A stretch of DNA of 62,590 bases, taken from an uncultured Gammaproteobacteria bacterium (GTDB taxonomy: Bacteria; Patescibacteriota; Patescibacteriia; Patescibacteriales; GWC2-42-12). Made by a program: the position numbers and the translations under genes. Below the pieces are notes generated by a model, which searched no databases, had not been told where the DNA came from, and worked only from the letters and a program-made list of their open reading frames with translations. The DNA lies in assembly GCA_964537265.1 (NCBI GenBank), contig CAZHZE010000004.1, forward strand, positions 1 through 62,590. Direction: 5' to 3'. Positions 42,046-51,513 of this stretch are shown here, one piece after another (position 1 is the stretch's first letter; every line of letters starts with the position of its first letter).

Positions 42046-43047
42046 TTAAATGCCTAAATTTTTCTTAACTTTTTTTATAGTCTCTTCAGCAATCGGCTTA
42101 ATTTTTTCCGCGCCATCTTTTAAAATTTGCTTAACCTCATCATCCTTAAAACTATTATATTTAATTTGAAATTCAGTTAAAAACTTTTTTACTACTTCGG
42201 CTAAATCTTTTTTAAAATCACCGTAGCCTTTGCCTTGATATTTTTTTTCTAACTCTTTCATACTTACATCAGATAAAAGCGAATAAATTGTCATCAGATT
42301 AGAAATAGCCGGTTTTTTCTTTTGATCAAATTTAATTTCCGAATCAGAATCGGTTACCGCTCGCATAATCTTTTTAGCCGCGACTTCCGGTGCGTCGGTT
42401 AAAGCAATATAATTAGCCGATGAACTAGCGCTTTTACTCATTTTTTTCGTCGGGTCGTCTAAACCCATAATTCGCGCGCCTTGTTTTCTAACCGCCGCTT
42501 CTGGTACTTTAAAAATTTTTCCATAATCGCGATTAAATCTTTGAGCTAAAGTGCGAGTTAATTCTACATGTTGCACTTGATCATCACCAACCGGCACAGC
42601 ATCAGTATTATATAATAAAATATCAGCCGCCATTAAAACCGGATAATCATAAAGACCTACTCCAACCGATTCTTGATTTTTACCAGCTTTATCTTTAAAC
42701 TGGGTCATTTTATTTAAATCTGCCATACGAGCAGTCGCGCAATTTAATATCCAAGCTAATTCCGTATGCTCCGTAATATCTGACTGCTGAAAAATAACCG
42801 ACAGCTCCGGATTTATACCAGCAGCCATATAAGTTTTTACCACGTCTAAAATGCGGCGGGATAATTCTTTAGGATCTTGCTTAACCGTAATGGCGTGATA
42901 ATCAACCACACAAAAAATGCAATTAAATTGCTTTTGCATTTCCACCCATTGCGACAAAGCGCCTAAATAATTTCCTAAATGCAAAACTCCCGAAGGTTGA
43001 ACTCCGGAAAAAATGATTTTTTTGTTATCTTTTGTTTGTGATTTCAT
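42046..43047 (-). CDS. trpS: tryptophan--tRNA ligase
   Basis: SGVQPSG.LHLGNY, YPVLMAADIL, VPVGDDQVQH, KMSKS. Confidence 0.97.
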   Translation of the reverse strand: MKSQTKDNKKIIFSGVQPSGVLHLGNYLGALSQWVEMQKQFNCIFCVVDYHAITVKQDPKELSRRILDVVKTYMAAGINPELSVIFQQSDITEHTELAWILNCATARMADLNKMTQFKDKAGKNQESVGVGLYDYPVLMAADILLYNTDAVPVGDDQVQHVELTRTLAQRFNRDYGKIFKVPEAAVRKQGARIMGLDDPTKKMSKSASSSANYIALTDAPEVAAKKIMRAVTDSDSEIKFDQKKKPAISNLMTIYSLLSDVSMKELEKKYQGKGYGDFKKDLAEVVKKFLTEFQIKYNSFKDDEVKQILKDGAEKIKPIAEETIKKVKKNLGI

Positions 43048-43080
43048 ACTTTAATTGTATATTTAATCAAAATAATTGTA

Positions 43081-43115
43081 AAGAAGCGGGGCAAATGAAT
43101 TTGCCCCGCTATTTT
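43081..43115 (-). terminator. terminator between trpB2 and trpS
   Basis: gcggggcaaa/tttgccccgc stem followed by TTCTT on minus strand. Confidence 0.6.
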
Positions 43116-44408
43116 TTACATTTTTCCGTCTAAATAATTTTCGTACGCCGCCATGTCAAAATGTCCATGCCCAGATAAATTAAATAATATTACCTTACTT
43201 TCTCCGGATAAACGGCATTTTTCTGCTTCATCAAAAACCGCTTTAATGGCATGGGCTGATTCTGGCGCTGGAATAATTCCTTGGCTTCTCGCAAATTTCA
43301 CCGCCGCTTCAAAAATTTCTTTTTGACCATAAGCTACAGCTTCAACTAAACCTTCGTCTTTTAGTAAACTTACTAATGGCGCAGCGCCATGATATCTTAA
43401 ACCACCTGCATGAATAGACGGCGGGACAAATTCATAACCCATAGTATACATTCTTATGAGAGGAGTTAAACCAGCGATATCCCCGAAGTCATATTTATAC
43501 TCACCTTTTGTTAATGATGGACATGATGTTGGTTCAGCCGCTAAAACCCGCAAATTTTTCTTTTTGCCTTTTAACTTGTCACGCAAAAATGGAAAAGCAA
43601 TACCAGCTAAATTACTGCCGCCGCCATGGCAACCAATAATTATATCCGGATAATCGCCGGCGATTTCCATTTGTTTTATAGCTTCTTGCCCGATAATAGT
43701 TTGATGATGCAAAACATGATTTAAGACCGAACCTAAGGCGTATTTAGTATCATCATGTTTAGCCGCGTCTTCAACTGCTTCGGCAATCGCCATACCTAAA
43801 CTCCCGGAAGTCTCTGGCTGCTCGGCTAAAATTTTCTTGCCGGCTTCAGTAAGGTTAGACGGACTTGCAATACATTCAGCTCCATAAGTTCTCATCATTA
43901 TTTTACGATATGGTTTTTGTTCATAGCTAGATTTAACCATATAAACCGTTAAACCTAAACCAAAATAATTACAAGCAAAACCTAAAGCCGAGCCCCATTG
44001 ACCAGCGCCGGTTTCAGTAGTTAATCTTTTTACACCGGCTTGTTTATTATAGTAAGCTTGCGGTAAAGCCGTATTTAATTTATGGCTGCCGACAGGACTA
44101 ACGCCTTCATATTTATAATATATTTTGGCTGGCGTCTTTAATTCTTTTTCTAATCTAGTCGCTCGAATTAACGGACTTGGTCGATATATTGTATAAGCTT
44201 TTCTAACTTCTTCCGGAATTTCTATCATGCTTTCACTCGACATTTCCTGCTTAATTAATTCCATCGGAAACAGCGGCGCTAAATCTTCTGGCTTTAAAGG
44301 CTCTTTTGTGCCCGGATGAAGCGGCGGGTCTAACGGTCGCGGTAAATCCGAAACAATATTATAATAATGTGTTGGCATGTCTTTTTGATCTAAAAATATC
44401 ATTGGCAT
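43116..44408 (-). CDS. trpB2: TrpB-like PLP enzyme TrpB2 (stand-alone, indole-salvage type)
   Basis: [62 protein letters not shown]. Confidence 0.92.
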   Translation of the reverse strand: MPMIFLDQKDMPTHYYNIVSDLPRPLDPPLHPGTKEPLKPEDLAPLFPMELIKQEMSSESMIEIPEEVRKAYTIYRPSPLIRATRLEKELKTPAKIYYKYEGVSPVGSHKLNTALPQAYYNKQAGVKRLTTETGAGQWGSALGFACNYFGLGLTVYMVKSSYEQKPYRKIMMRTYGAECIASPSNLTEAGKKILAEQPETSGSLGMAIAEAVEDAAKHDDTKYALGSVLNHVLHHQTIIGQEAIKQMEIAGDYPDIIIGCHGGGSNLAGIAFPFLRDKLKGKKKNLRVLAAEPTSCPSLTKGEYKYDFGDIAGLTPLIRMYTMGYEFVPPSIHAGGLRYHGAAPLVSLLKDEGLVEAVAYGQKEIFEAAVKFARSQGIIPAPESAHAIKAVFDEAEKCRLSGESKVILFNLSGHGHFDMAAYENYLDGKM

Positions 44409-44583
44409 AAAATAAAATTTAATAATTAAATAAAACTAACCCTAGCTAGCTTCGCCAAAATTCTCTACTTTTATTTTTAAAATAAAATTTTTTCATATAA
44501 ATATATTTAAATTAATTAATTTCAGAATTGGCGGAAAACGAAATAAAATATAATTTCGTTTTCCGCGCATAGATTGGCATGGC

Positions 44584-44745
44584 TTATTGCCAGCCAGGTT
44601 TACTCATACCCTTATTAACTTTATTGCTGCTTTTTTTATCTTTTTCTTTTTCACATTCCGGACAAACTAATTTACTTTCGTTGCCCCAACCCAATGCCAT
44701 TTCCTTAACTATCATTTTTACTCCTGAATGTTTACTACATTCCAT
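44584..44745 (-). CDS. 53-aa Zn-ribbon-like protein (not in the ORF track)
   Basis: MECSKHSGVKMIVKEMALGWGNESKLVCPECEKEKDKKSSNKVNKGMSKPGWQ; GGAGGG SD 8 nt upstream; CxxH plus CPEC. Confidence 0.6.
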   Translation of the reverse strand: MECSKHSGVKMIVKEMALGWGNESKLVCPECEKEKDKKSSNKVNKGMSKPGWQ

Positions 44746-44790
44746 AATTTTTTCCCTCCATATTTTTTTATAAAGATCATTTTAACAAAC

Positions 44791-45056
44791 AAAAAAACCT
44801 CCCATCTCTTAGGCATAGCCAAACTATGCTTAAGGGACAGAAGGTTATTCCGTGTTGCCACCCTTATTCCGAAAATAAAAAAACGCTTTCGAGCGTTTTA
44901 TTTTCGCTCATCGACTCCACCTTAATGGCGACATCGATTATCCTATGATTACGGAGGAAGCCGAGTTAACACTAACGCATTAACCACTCTTTAAGTTCAG
45001 ACCCAACCCCGATATAATTACCGGGATCTGAACGAGTTTTACGATTTTTAAGTTCT
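44791..45056 (-). promoter_or_regulatory. T-box riboswitch, probably Trp-specific, transcriptional
   Basis: T-box AAGGGTGGCAACACGG at 44864-44849; antiterminator overlapping a terminator with T7 tract; short stem at 45033-44995 with UGG in a bulge. Confidence 0.8.
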
Positions 45057-45062
45057 AAAACT

Positions 45063-45090
45063 AGTATAGCAAAAACAAAAAATTTGTCAA
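45063..45090 (-). promoter_or_regulatory. promoter of the T-box leader
   Basis: TTGACA-16-TATACT with extended TG. Confidence 0.7.
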
Positions 45091-45092
45091 AT

Positions 45093-46106
45093 TTATTTTA
45101 ACTCTAAATTACTATCAGTTTTTAATTTCTGCCATTGAGTAAATTTTTTCCTCTTAACTCTAAAATAACCAGCCGTAGCGATCATGGCTGCATTATCTGT
45201 ACAATATTTAAATTCTGGAATTATTAATTTAGCGTCATTTAATTTATTTTTTACTGCTTCTCCTAACTGGCTTCTTAATTCAATATTTGCTGCCACGCCA
45301 CCGGAGAGCATTATATTTTTACAATCATATTTTAAGGCCGCTTTAATAGTTTTAAGAACCAAAACTTCGGCTACGGCTTTTTGAAATTCGTAAGCATAAT
45401 CTGGAACTTTCTTTTTCCAATTTTTATCTTTTTGTATTTCATATAATAGCGCCGTTTTTAATCCGGAAAAAGAAAAATCAAAATCACCGGAATCACGCAT
45501 TGGCCGCGGCAATTTAATTTTTAACTTTTCACTTTTATCTTTTAACTTAGCCGCGCTAGCGGCGATTGCTGGTCCACCCGGATAACCAATATTTAAAAGT
45601 TGCGCCGCTTTATCAAAAGCTTCACCGGCTGCATCATCTCGCGTTTCCCCTAATAATTTATATTTTCCATGCCCGGTTATTAAAATTAACATAGTATGAC
45701 CGCCGGATACAGTTAAAATTAACGCGGGAAATTTCGGCTTGTTATCTATGAAATTAGCGTAGATATGCCCTTCAATATGATTAATCGCCACGGCTGGCAT
45801 TTTCCAGGTATAAGCTAAAGTTTTAGCGGTTTCCACTCCAACCAAAAGAGAAGTTACTAGCCCGGGCCCAGTTGTTACTGCAATAGCATCTATTTTTTTT
45901 ATTCCTTTAACTGCTTCATTTACCACCGGTAAAATATTTAAAACATGCTCACGCGCCGCCACCTCAGGCACCACGCCGCCATATTTTTTATGTATTTCAA
46001 TTTGTGAAGAAACTACATTTGATAAAACTTTAACTTTTTCTCCGCTACAGCTAATAACGGCTGCTGCGGTTTCATCGCATGAAGTTTCAATGCCTAATAT
46101 AATCAT
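45093..46106 (-). CDS. tsaD: tRNA N6-adenosine threonylcarbamoyltransferase
   Basis: ILGIETSCDET, HKKYGGVVPEVAAREH, NHIEGH, ETRDDAAGEAFDK, TDNAAMIA. Confidence 0.97.
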   Translation of the reverse strand: MIILGIETSCDETAAAVISCSGEKVKVLSNVVSSQIEIHKKYGGVVPEVAAREHVLNILPVVNEAVKGIKKIDAIAVTTGPGLVTSLLVGVETAKTLAYTWKMPAVAINHIEGHIYANFIDNKPKFPALILTVSGGHTMLILITGHGKYKLLGETRDDAAGEAFDKAAQLLNIGYPGGPAIAASAAKLKDKSEKLKIKLPRPMRDSGDFDFSFSGLKTALLYEIQKDKNWKKKVPDYAYEFQKAVAEVLVLKTIKAALKYDCKNIMLSGGVAANIELRSQLGEAVKNKLNDAKLIIPEFKYCTDNAAMIATAGYFRVKRKKFTQWQKLKTDSNLELK

Positions 46107-46221
46107 AAAATTTATCTTATCTAATAACACTCAAAAAGACAAGATGACTTTACAAAATCCCCTTAAAAGTGCAAAATATAAGGGACTTACAAAATAATTA
46201 ATAACCGGCTATAATGTAATT

Positions 46222-46626
46222 ATGTATAAAAAAATCATTATTCCTACAATTTTATTTATTGCTATTTTTGCTTTTTCATTTTTTGCGCTTTCCGGTGAAG
46301 GCGATAAAAATAAACCGGCGACCGCACAGCCAGCCGAGCAGCAAAATCAAACCGCTATCCAGATTATTCTTTTTTATGGTGACGGCTGCCCGCATTGTAA
46401 AATCGTAGAAGAATATATTGAAAAAAATAACATCAAAGAAAAAATTTCTATAACACAAAAAGAAATTTATTATAATAAGATTAACTCTAACGAACTTGTA
46501 GAAAAGGCGAAAATTTGCGGTTTACCAACCAATTCAATCGGCGTGCCTTTTCTTTTTGACGGGAAAAAATGTTATATTGGCGATCAGGATATTATAAATT
46601 TTTTCAAACAAAAAACTAATGAATAA
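46222..46626 (+). CDS. exported thioredoxin-fold protein with CPHC
   Basis: Signal/TM anchor, FYGDGCPHC, SIGVPFL cis-Pro loop, extra Cys pair. Confidence 0.8.
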   Translation: MYKKIIIPTILFIAIFAFSFFALSGEGDKNKPATAQPAEQQNQTAIQIILFYGDGCPHCKIVEEYIEKNNIKEKISITQKEIYYNKINSNELVEKAKICGLPTNSIGVPFLFDGKKCYIGDQDIINFFKQKTNE

Positions 46627-47140
46627 TAAAAAATTATTAATTTATATTCTTTCTTTTTTAGCGATTAGTTTTTTATTTGCTAAAAAAACTTTAGCGGTTT
46701 GCCCAATTTGTACTATTGCTGTCGGCGCTGGCCTTGGACTTTCCCGTTGGCTAGGGATTAATGACACTATAACTGGTTTATGGATTGGCGGGCTTATAGT
46801 TTCTATGATTGTTTGGGCTGAAAGCTGGCTAGATAAAAAAAATATCCGTTTTAAGGGTCGAGTTTTTATCAACATTTTAGCTTATTATACTCTAACTATT
46901 TTACCACTTTATTACTCCGGTATTATTGGTAATCCTTTAAATACTTTATGCGCTTGCGGTATAGATAAACTTCTTTTCGGTATAGTTGCTGGTAGTATAA
47001 GTTTCTGGTTTGGCGCTAGTTGGTATTTATTTCTTAAAGAAAAAAATAACGGACATGCCTATTTTCCCTTTCAAAAAGTTGTTATGCCGATTACGCCAAT
47101 TATTATTTTAAGCATAATTTATTATTTCCTAACAAAATAA
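46619..47140 (+). CDS. membrane protein with N-terminal CPIC and loop CAC
   Basis: Signal peptide ending TLA, then VCPIC; about 4 TM helices; overlaps the upstream gene. Confidence 0.75.
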   Translation: MNNKKLLIYILSFLAISFLFAKKTLAVCPICTIAVGAGLGLSRWLGINDTITGLWIGGLIVSMIVWAESWLDKKNIRFKGRVFINILAYYTLTILPLYYSGIIGNPLNTLCACGIDKLLFGIVAGSISFWFGASWYLFLKEKNNGHAYFPFQKVVMPITPIIILSIIYYFLTK

Positions 47141-47144
47141 TTAT

Positions 47145-47681
47145 ATGAACAACCAAAATCCAATAAAAAACATCAATGAATTCATCCAGAAAGTCGACAC
47201 AATGAAAAAAGAAAATAAATTAGATCTATCTTCTGATCAAGATTTATCTATCGCCATTATGAATTTAGTTAGTATTGAAGAACATTTCTTTTTTACTGGC
47301 GGAAAATTAGAAAAAACAAGTTATTACGATATGATAAAAGATGTCCGAGAGATGAGAAAAGAACTGATGTTAAAAATAGTTAAAGAGCCGGAAGGCGAAG
47401 TCTGGTGTATTTCAAAACATTTACTCGCCGCTTCTATGCGCTTAATGGAAGTCGGCACTAAACAACTCGGCATAGGCAAAAAAGATGAAGCTTACAATCT
47501 TTTTGATAAAGCTTATAATCTTTATTCTTTATTCTGGGGGCTTAACATGAAACTTTTAAATGTTGGCGATATAAAAAAAATTGATGACGGGGCAATAAAT
47601 AAACATGATACTGGAAAAAAAAGTTTAATGGGAAAACTCGGCGAACTGGTAAAAAAAGCGATTGATTGCTGTATTGAATAA
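47145..47681 (+). CDS. helical hypothetical protein with IEEH/SKH motifs and terminal CC
   Basis: 178 aa, 4 nt after the previous stop. Confidence 0.75.
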   Translation: MNNQNPIKNINEFIQKVDTMKKENKLDLSSDQDLSIAIMNLVSIEEHFFFTGGKLEKTSYYDMIKDVREMRKELMLKIVKEPEGEVWCISKHLLAASMRLMEVGTKQLGIGKKDEAYNLFDKAYNLYSLFWGLNMKLLNVGDIKKIDDGAINKHDTGKKSLMGKLGELVKKAIDCCIE

Positions 47682-47797
47682 AAATATTTATAAAAATAAA
47701 TTTTAAAACTCGGCCATCTGGACCGAGTTTTAAATATATTGACTTCCTAATTAAATAATTGTAAATTAATTACATCTTAAAAAGGAGGTATTAAATT

Positions 47798-47992
47798 ATG
47801 ACGGAGAAATCTAGTATCGGTGGAGGGGGCACGAGAGTGACTGAACATCATAGCAATGGTTCAAGCACTGACAAAGACTATGTCAAAGGAGAGTGCGTAG
47901 CCATTACAGATCATGATGCCAATGGCAAAAGCCACTCCCATGAAGTAGGACACGGATTACTTGGACCTTTTAAAGGAGAAAGGAAAGATTAA
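47798..47992 (+). CDS. small His-rich protein (SD-led cassette)
   Basis: TTGACT-17-TAAATT promoter, AAAAGGAGG, terminator ~48015-48050; internal repeat TEHHSNGSS/TDHDANGKS. Confidence 0.7.
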   Translation: MTEKSSIGGGGTRVTEHHSNGSSTDKDYVKGECVAITDHDANGKSHSHEVGHGLLGPFKGERKD

Positions 47993-48049
47993 ATTTTGAA
48001 ATCTAAATCACTTTAACCGCCCCCGCATTTTATTTATTGCGGGGGATTT

Positions 48050-48547
48050 TTATTCTGCCTCAACGTTTCCTGCGTTAGGATTAGGATCATTTGGATTTGG
48101 ACATTCGCCGTCAAAATTTGCTTGCGCGCTGCAATATGTTCCGTCAACTCTTTTACACATTGGCGTTGCTGTTCCTACACTTTCAACTTGCCCACCGGTA
48201 ATTGCACAATAAATTTCCGCGTCGTTTTCATAACCCGTGATTTTTAGGCCGCCAACTGGACATTTACCGAGTAAAAGCGCCCACTCTTCACATTGACGAT
48301 TATCATCAAAAAGACAAACACCATATTCTCCATTTTTATTTTTTCGCATTTCAATCTTGCCTCCTTTTTCAGCACAATTCGTAGAAGCTGGATTAGCCAT
48401 GCCAACTGGCTTATTAGAAATGGTTTCGTTTTGCTTAACTTCAGAATTATTTACTTCGCTTGTTTTTATAAACGCGTTTTGTTTTTGGCAACCAGATAAA
48501 ACAAATAAAAATAAAATCGCGCCTAAAATTAAAAATAATTTTTTCAT
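48050..48547 (-). CDS. DUF333-like lipoprotein
   Basis: Lipobox LSGC; two ANPAS..C...GG-type modules. Confidence 0.8.
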   Translation of the reverse strand: MKKLFLILGAILFLFVLSGCQKQNAFIKTSEVNNSEVKQNETISNKPVGMANPASTNCAEKGGKIEMRKNKNGEYGVCLFDDNRQCEEWALLLGKCPVGGLKITGYENDAEIYCAITGGQVESVGTATPMCKRVDGTYCSAQANFDGECPNPNDPNPNAGNVEAE

Positions 48548-48641
48548 ATATTTTTATTAATAATTATCTACTCTTATAATAACGCCTAATAAAATAAAAA
48601 TCAATTATAAAAACACCGGGTAAAACGGTGTTTTAAATTTG

Positions 48642-48713
48642 TAGCCCCTAGGAGAATCGAACTCCTGTTACCAGGATGAAAACCTGGTGTCCTAACCACT
48701 AGACGAAGGGGCC
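48642..48713 (-). tRNA. tRNA-Glu(TTC)
   Basis: GGCCCCT acceptor stem, CCAGG-TT TTC AT-CCTGG anticodon arm. Confidence 0.95.
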
Positions 48714-48835
48714 AAATAGAAAAATAAATAGTCCTTTGAAGGACTAAAAAAATTATAATCTACAATTCTTATTTAGTCAATAACAAACATAAAAAATAAA
48801 AACAGAGTTGTTTAACTCTGTTTTTAAAATTACAA

Positions 48836-49027
48836 TTATTTTTTATCTTGCTGATCATTTTTAAACCAATTACAACAATCAGTTCCGCCTCTTTTTTTCA
48901 TCATATAGAACCCAGCTAAAATTAGAATTACCGGCCAGACAACCGACCAGTTAAGCCAAGGCAAAAGATTAAGATTTTCTAAAAGAAAAATCACGCCCAA
49001 AACAATCAATAACCATGGTAAAAACAT
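48836..49027 (-). CDS. small LiaF/DUF5668-like two-TM protein
   Basis: LIVLGVIFLLENL...WPVILILAG. Confidence 0.65.
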   Translation of the reverse strand: MFLPWLLIVLGVIFLLENLNLLPWLNWSVVWPVILILAGFYMMKKRGGTDCCNWFKNDQQDKK

Positions 49028-49050
49028 AAATTTATTATTTAATAATTAAT

Positions 49051-50124
49051 TTATTTTAATTCTTTCTTAAACCAATCAACCCAAGGTATTTTAACCGGAT
49101 TAATATTATTTAGCATAGCTAAATAATAAGTTAACCAACAACCGAATTGCATCATTTTAAGAGCTTGTTCTAATTTAGTGACGCCGGATACTTTATATTC
49201 TAAAAACTTTATCTTATTTTTTTTGACTACCTGCTTAGTTAAAAATCCTCTCTTTTGAATGCGGGGGTGATATAATAAAGAGTCAAAAAATAAAAATATT
49301 AAATTATTTTTATTACTTTTTGGATTAACCAAACTTTCCAAAGCATAATGGTTTAAATCTGGTAGCTCTAAAAAACTAGAAAAATTTTTACTAGTTTCAT
49401 TAAATTGATTACGCAAAATATTTAAATTGCCAGACAAAAATTCGGCGGCAACAATTATTGGCATATGGCCATATAATTTTATAGCTATTTGTTTGGCTTT
49501 ATTTATTTTTACTGATTTGTCCGATCTTAATGCTTGATCAGTTAATTCTAATTTGTTAATAATATTTTTTAACTCTTTCTCTTTTAAACTAATTAAACCA
49601 ACTTTAGAAAATAACATAATTGCACCTAAAATTGCGTAACCTAAACCAAGTCTTGGCTGGTTTGATGGGTTAAATTCAGCTTTAAACATATACCCTGGTA
49701 TATTTTCTTTTTTCATTAAGCTAGCTAATTTATTATTACCCTGCTCACAAATTGCTAAAATTTTTGCACCGCGTTTTTTAATTTCTTTATAAACGCTTAA
49801 AACTTCCTCGGTATTGCCAGAATATGATGAAAGTAAATATAAAGTACTCTTATCAACTGATGCTGGTACTTGATAGCCAGACGTAAGAGTAATCGGCAAT
49901 TTTATCTGATCACTTAAAGCTGCTTTAACTAAACGAAAATTAATAATTGAACCGCCCATACCATTAACAACAACTTGTTTTATGTTTTTATACTCAAGTG
50001 GCACTTTAATTAAACTAACATCTTCTAGAACCTGCTTCATTTGCGCTGGTAGCAACTCAATAGACTTAGCTACTCTGTTTGTGTCTAATTTTTTATAAAC
50101 TTTTTGATTGTCTAAATTATTCAT
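49051..50124 (-). CDS. bifunctional phosphoglucose/phosphomannose isomerase (SIS)
   Basis: GMGGS, SSYSGNTEE, QPRLGLGY, NETSK, PDLNH, NPVKIPWVDWFK. Confidence 0.85.
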   Translation of the reverse strand: MNNLDNQKVYKKLDTNRVAKSIELLPAQMKQVLEDVSLIKVPLEYKNIKQVVVNGMGGSIINFRLVKAALSDQIKLPITLTSGYQVPASVDKSTLYLLSSYSGNTEEVLSVYKEIKKRGAKILAICEQGNNKLASLMKKENIPGYMFKAEFNPSNQPRLGLGYAILGAIMLFSKVGLISLKEKELKNIINKLELTDQALRSDKSVKINKAKQIAIKLYGHMPIIVAAEFLSGNLNILRNQFNETSKNFSSFLELPDLNHYALESLVNPKSNKNNLIFLFFDSLLYHPRIQKRGFLTKQVVKKNKIKFLEYKVSGVTKLEQALKMMQFGCWLTYYLAMLNNINPVKIPWVDWFKKELK

Positions 50125-50303
50125 GATTTTTATATTAAAATAATATTTATAATTTAATTATAGCATACTTTATATTAGACTTTACAGATAAGCTAAATCT
50201 AATTATTTTTATAAAAATTTAACTTGATTTTTACTTTATTTTATGTTAAATTCAACACATCAGCTTAAAGCTGATTTTAAATAATTTTTTAATTTTTGTT
50301 TAT

Positions 50304-51026
50304 ATGTCCGGACACTCAAAATGGGCGACAACTAAACGAGCCAAAGCAATTGTAGACGCTAAAAAAGGAGCAATTTTTACGAAAATCGCTAAATTAATTA
50401 CTATTGCCGCGCGTAAGGGCGGCGATCCGACCGCTAATTTTAGTTTGCGCATAGCGATTGATAAAGCTAAATCAATTAATATGCCGAAAGATAATATTGA
50501 ACGCGCGATTAAGCGCGGCACCGGCGAATCGGATGGCGCGCAAATTGAAGAATTAATTTATGAAGGCATTGGCCCGGCTAAAACACAATTTATTGTGAAA
50601 TGTTTAACCGATAGTAAAAACCGCACGGCGGCGGAAATCCGCCATTTATTTTCTAAGCATGGCGGTTCCTTAGGCACGGTTATGTGGAATTTTGTTCAAC
50701 GGGGCACGATCATGATTGAACAGGCGGAAATAAATGATAAAAAATTAACTGACGAAAATTTTGAATTAGAATTAATTGATGCCGGCGCCGAAGATATTAA
50801 AAAAGAAGATGAGGGTATGACTATTTATACCGCGCCGATTGATTTACAAAAAACCAAACAATTTTTAGAAAGTAAAAATATTAAAACTGAATCGGCCGAA
50901 GTTGAATATGTCGCAAAAGAACAGGCTAATTTAACTGATGATGAAAAAACTCATGTAGAAAAATTTATCGAAGAACTGGATAACAACGAAGATGTTGCCG
51001 ATTACTATACAAACGCTAATCTATAA
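50304..51026 (+). CDS. yebC: YebC/PmpR-family protein
   Basis: MSGHSKWATTK, NMPKDNIERAIKRG, YEGIGP, DVADYYTN. Confidence 0.95.
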   Translation: MSGHSKWATTKRAKAIVDAKKGAIFTKIAKLITIAARKGGDPTANFSLRIAIDKAKSINMPKDNIERAIKRGTGESDGAQIEELIYEGIGPAKTQFIVKCLTDSKNRTAAEIRHLFSKHGGSLGTVMWNFVQRGTIMIEQAEINDKKLTDENFELELIDAGAEDIKKEDEGMTIYTAPIDLQKTKQFLESKNIKTESAEVEYVAKEQANLTDDEKTHVEKFIEELDNNEDVADYYTNANL

Positions 51027-51032
51027 AAATAA

Positions 51033-51509
51033 ATGTCTCAAAAAATAATTTTAGGCATTGATCCAGGTATAGCCGACACGGGTTTCGGCATTATTAATGT
51101 TAATGCTCATAAATTAACCTGCCTTGATTATGGCTCAATAAAAACTTCTTCCAAACTTTCATTAGCCGATCGATTAGAAATAATAAATTTAGAACTAACT
51201 AAGTTAATAAAAAAATATAAACCGGATTTAATTGCTATTGAAGAATTATTTTTTTGCAACAACGCCAAAACCGCTCTGGTTGTCGGACAAGCCCGAGGCG
51301 TGGTTGTATTAACAGCCAAACTCAATAAAATTAAAAGTGTAGAGTTCACCCCCTACCAAATAAAAAAGGCTGTTTCAACTTACGGCCATGCCAAAAAAGA
51401 TCAGGTGCAAAAAATGGTTAAGTTAATTTTAAACCTGAAAGAATTACCTAAACCTGATGATGCAGCCGATGCTTTAGCTTTAGCTATTTGCGCCATGAAC
51501 TGCAATTAA
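51033..51509 (+). CDS. ruvC: crossover junction endodeoxyribonuclease RuvC
   Basis: ILGIDPG, AIEELFF, GQARGV, PDDAADALA. Confidence 0.95.
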   Translation: MSQKIILGIDPGIADTGFGIINVNAHKLTCLDYGSIKTSSKLSLADRLEIINLELTKLIKKYKPDLIAIEELFFCNNAKTALVVGQARGVVVLTAKLNKIKSVEFTPYQIKKAVSTYGHAKKDQVQKMVKLILNLKELPKPDDAADALALAICAMNCN

Positions 51510-51513
51510 TTTT

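Noticed and set aside
44579-44925. Plus-strand ORFs 44579-44773 and 44728-44925
   Set aside because: Antisense to the SD-led Zn-ribbon ORF and the T-box leader, which explain the sequence better
50304-51509. ruvA missing from the yebC-ruvC locus, with ruvB 42 kb away
   Set aside because: Scattered ruv genes are common; ruvA may lie outside the window
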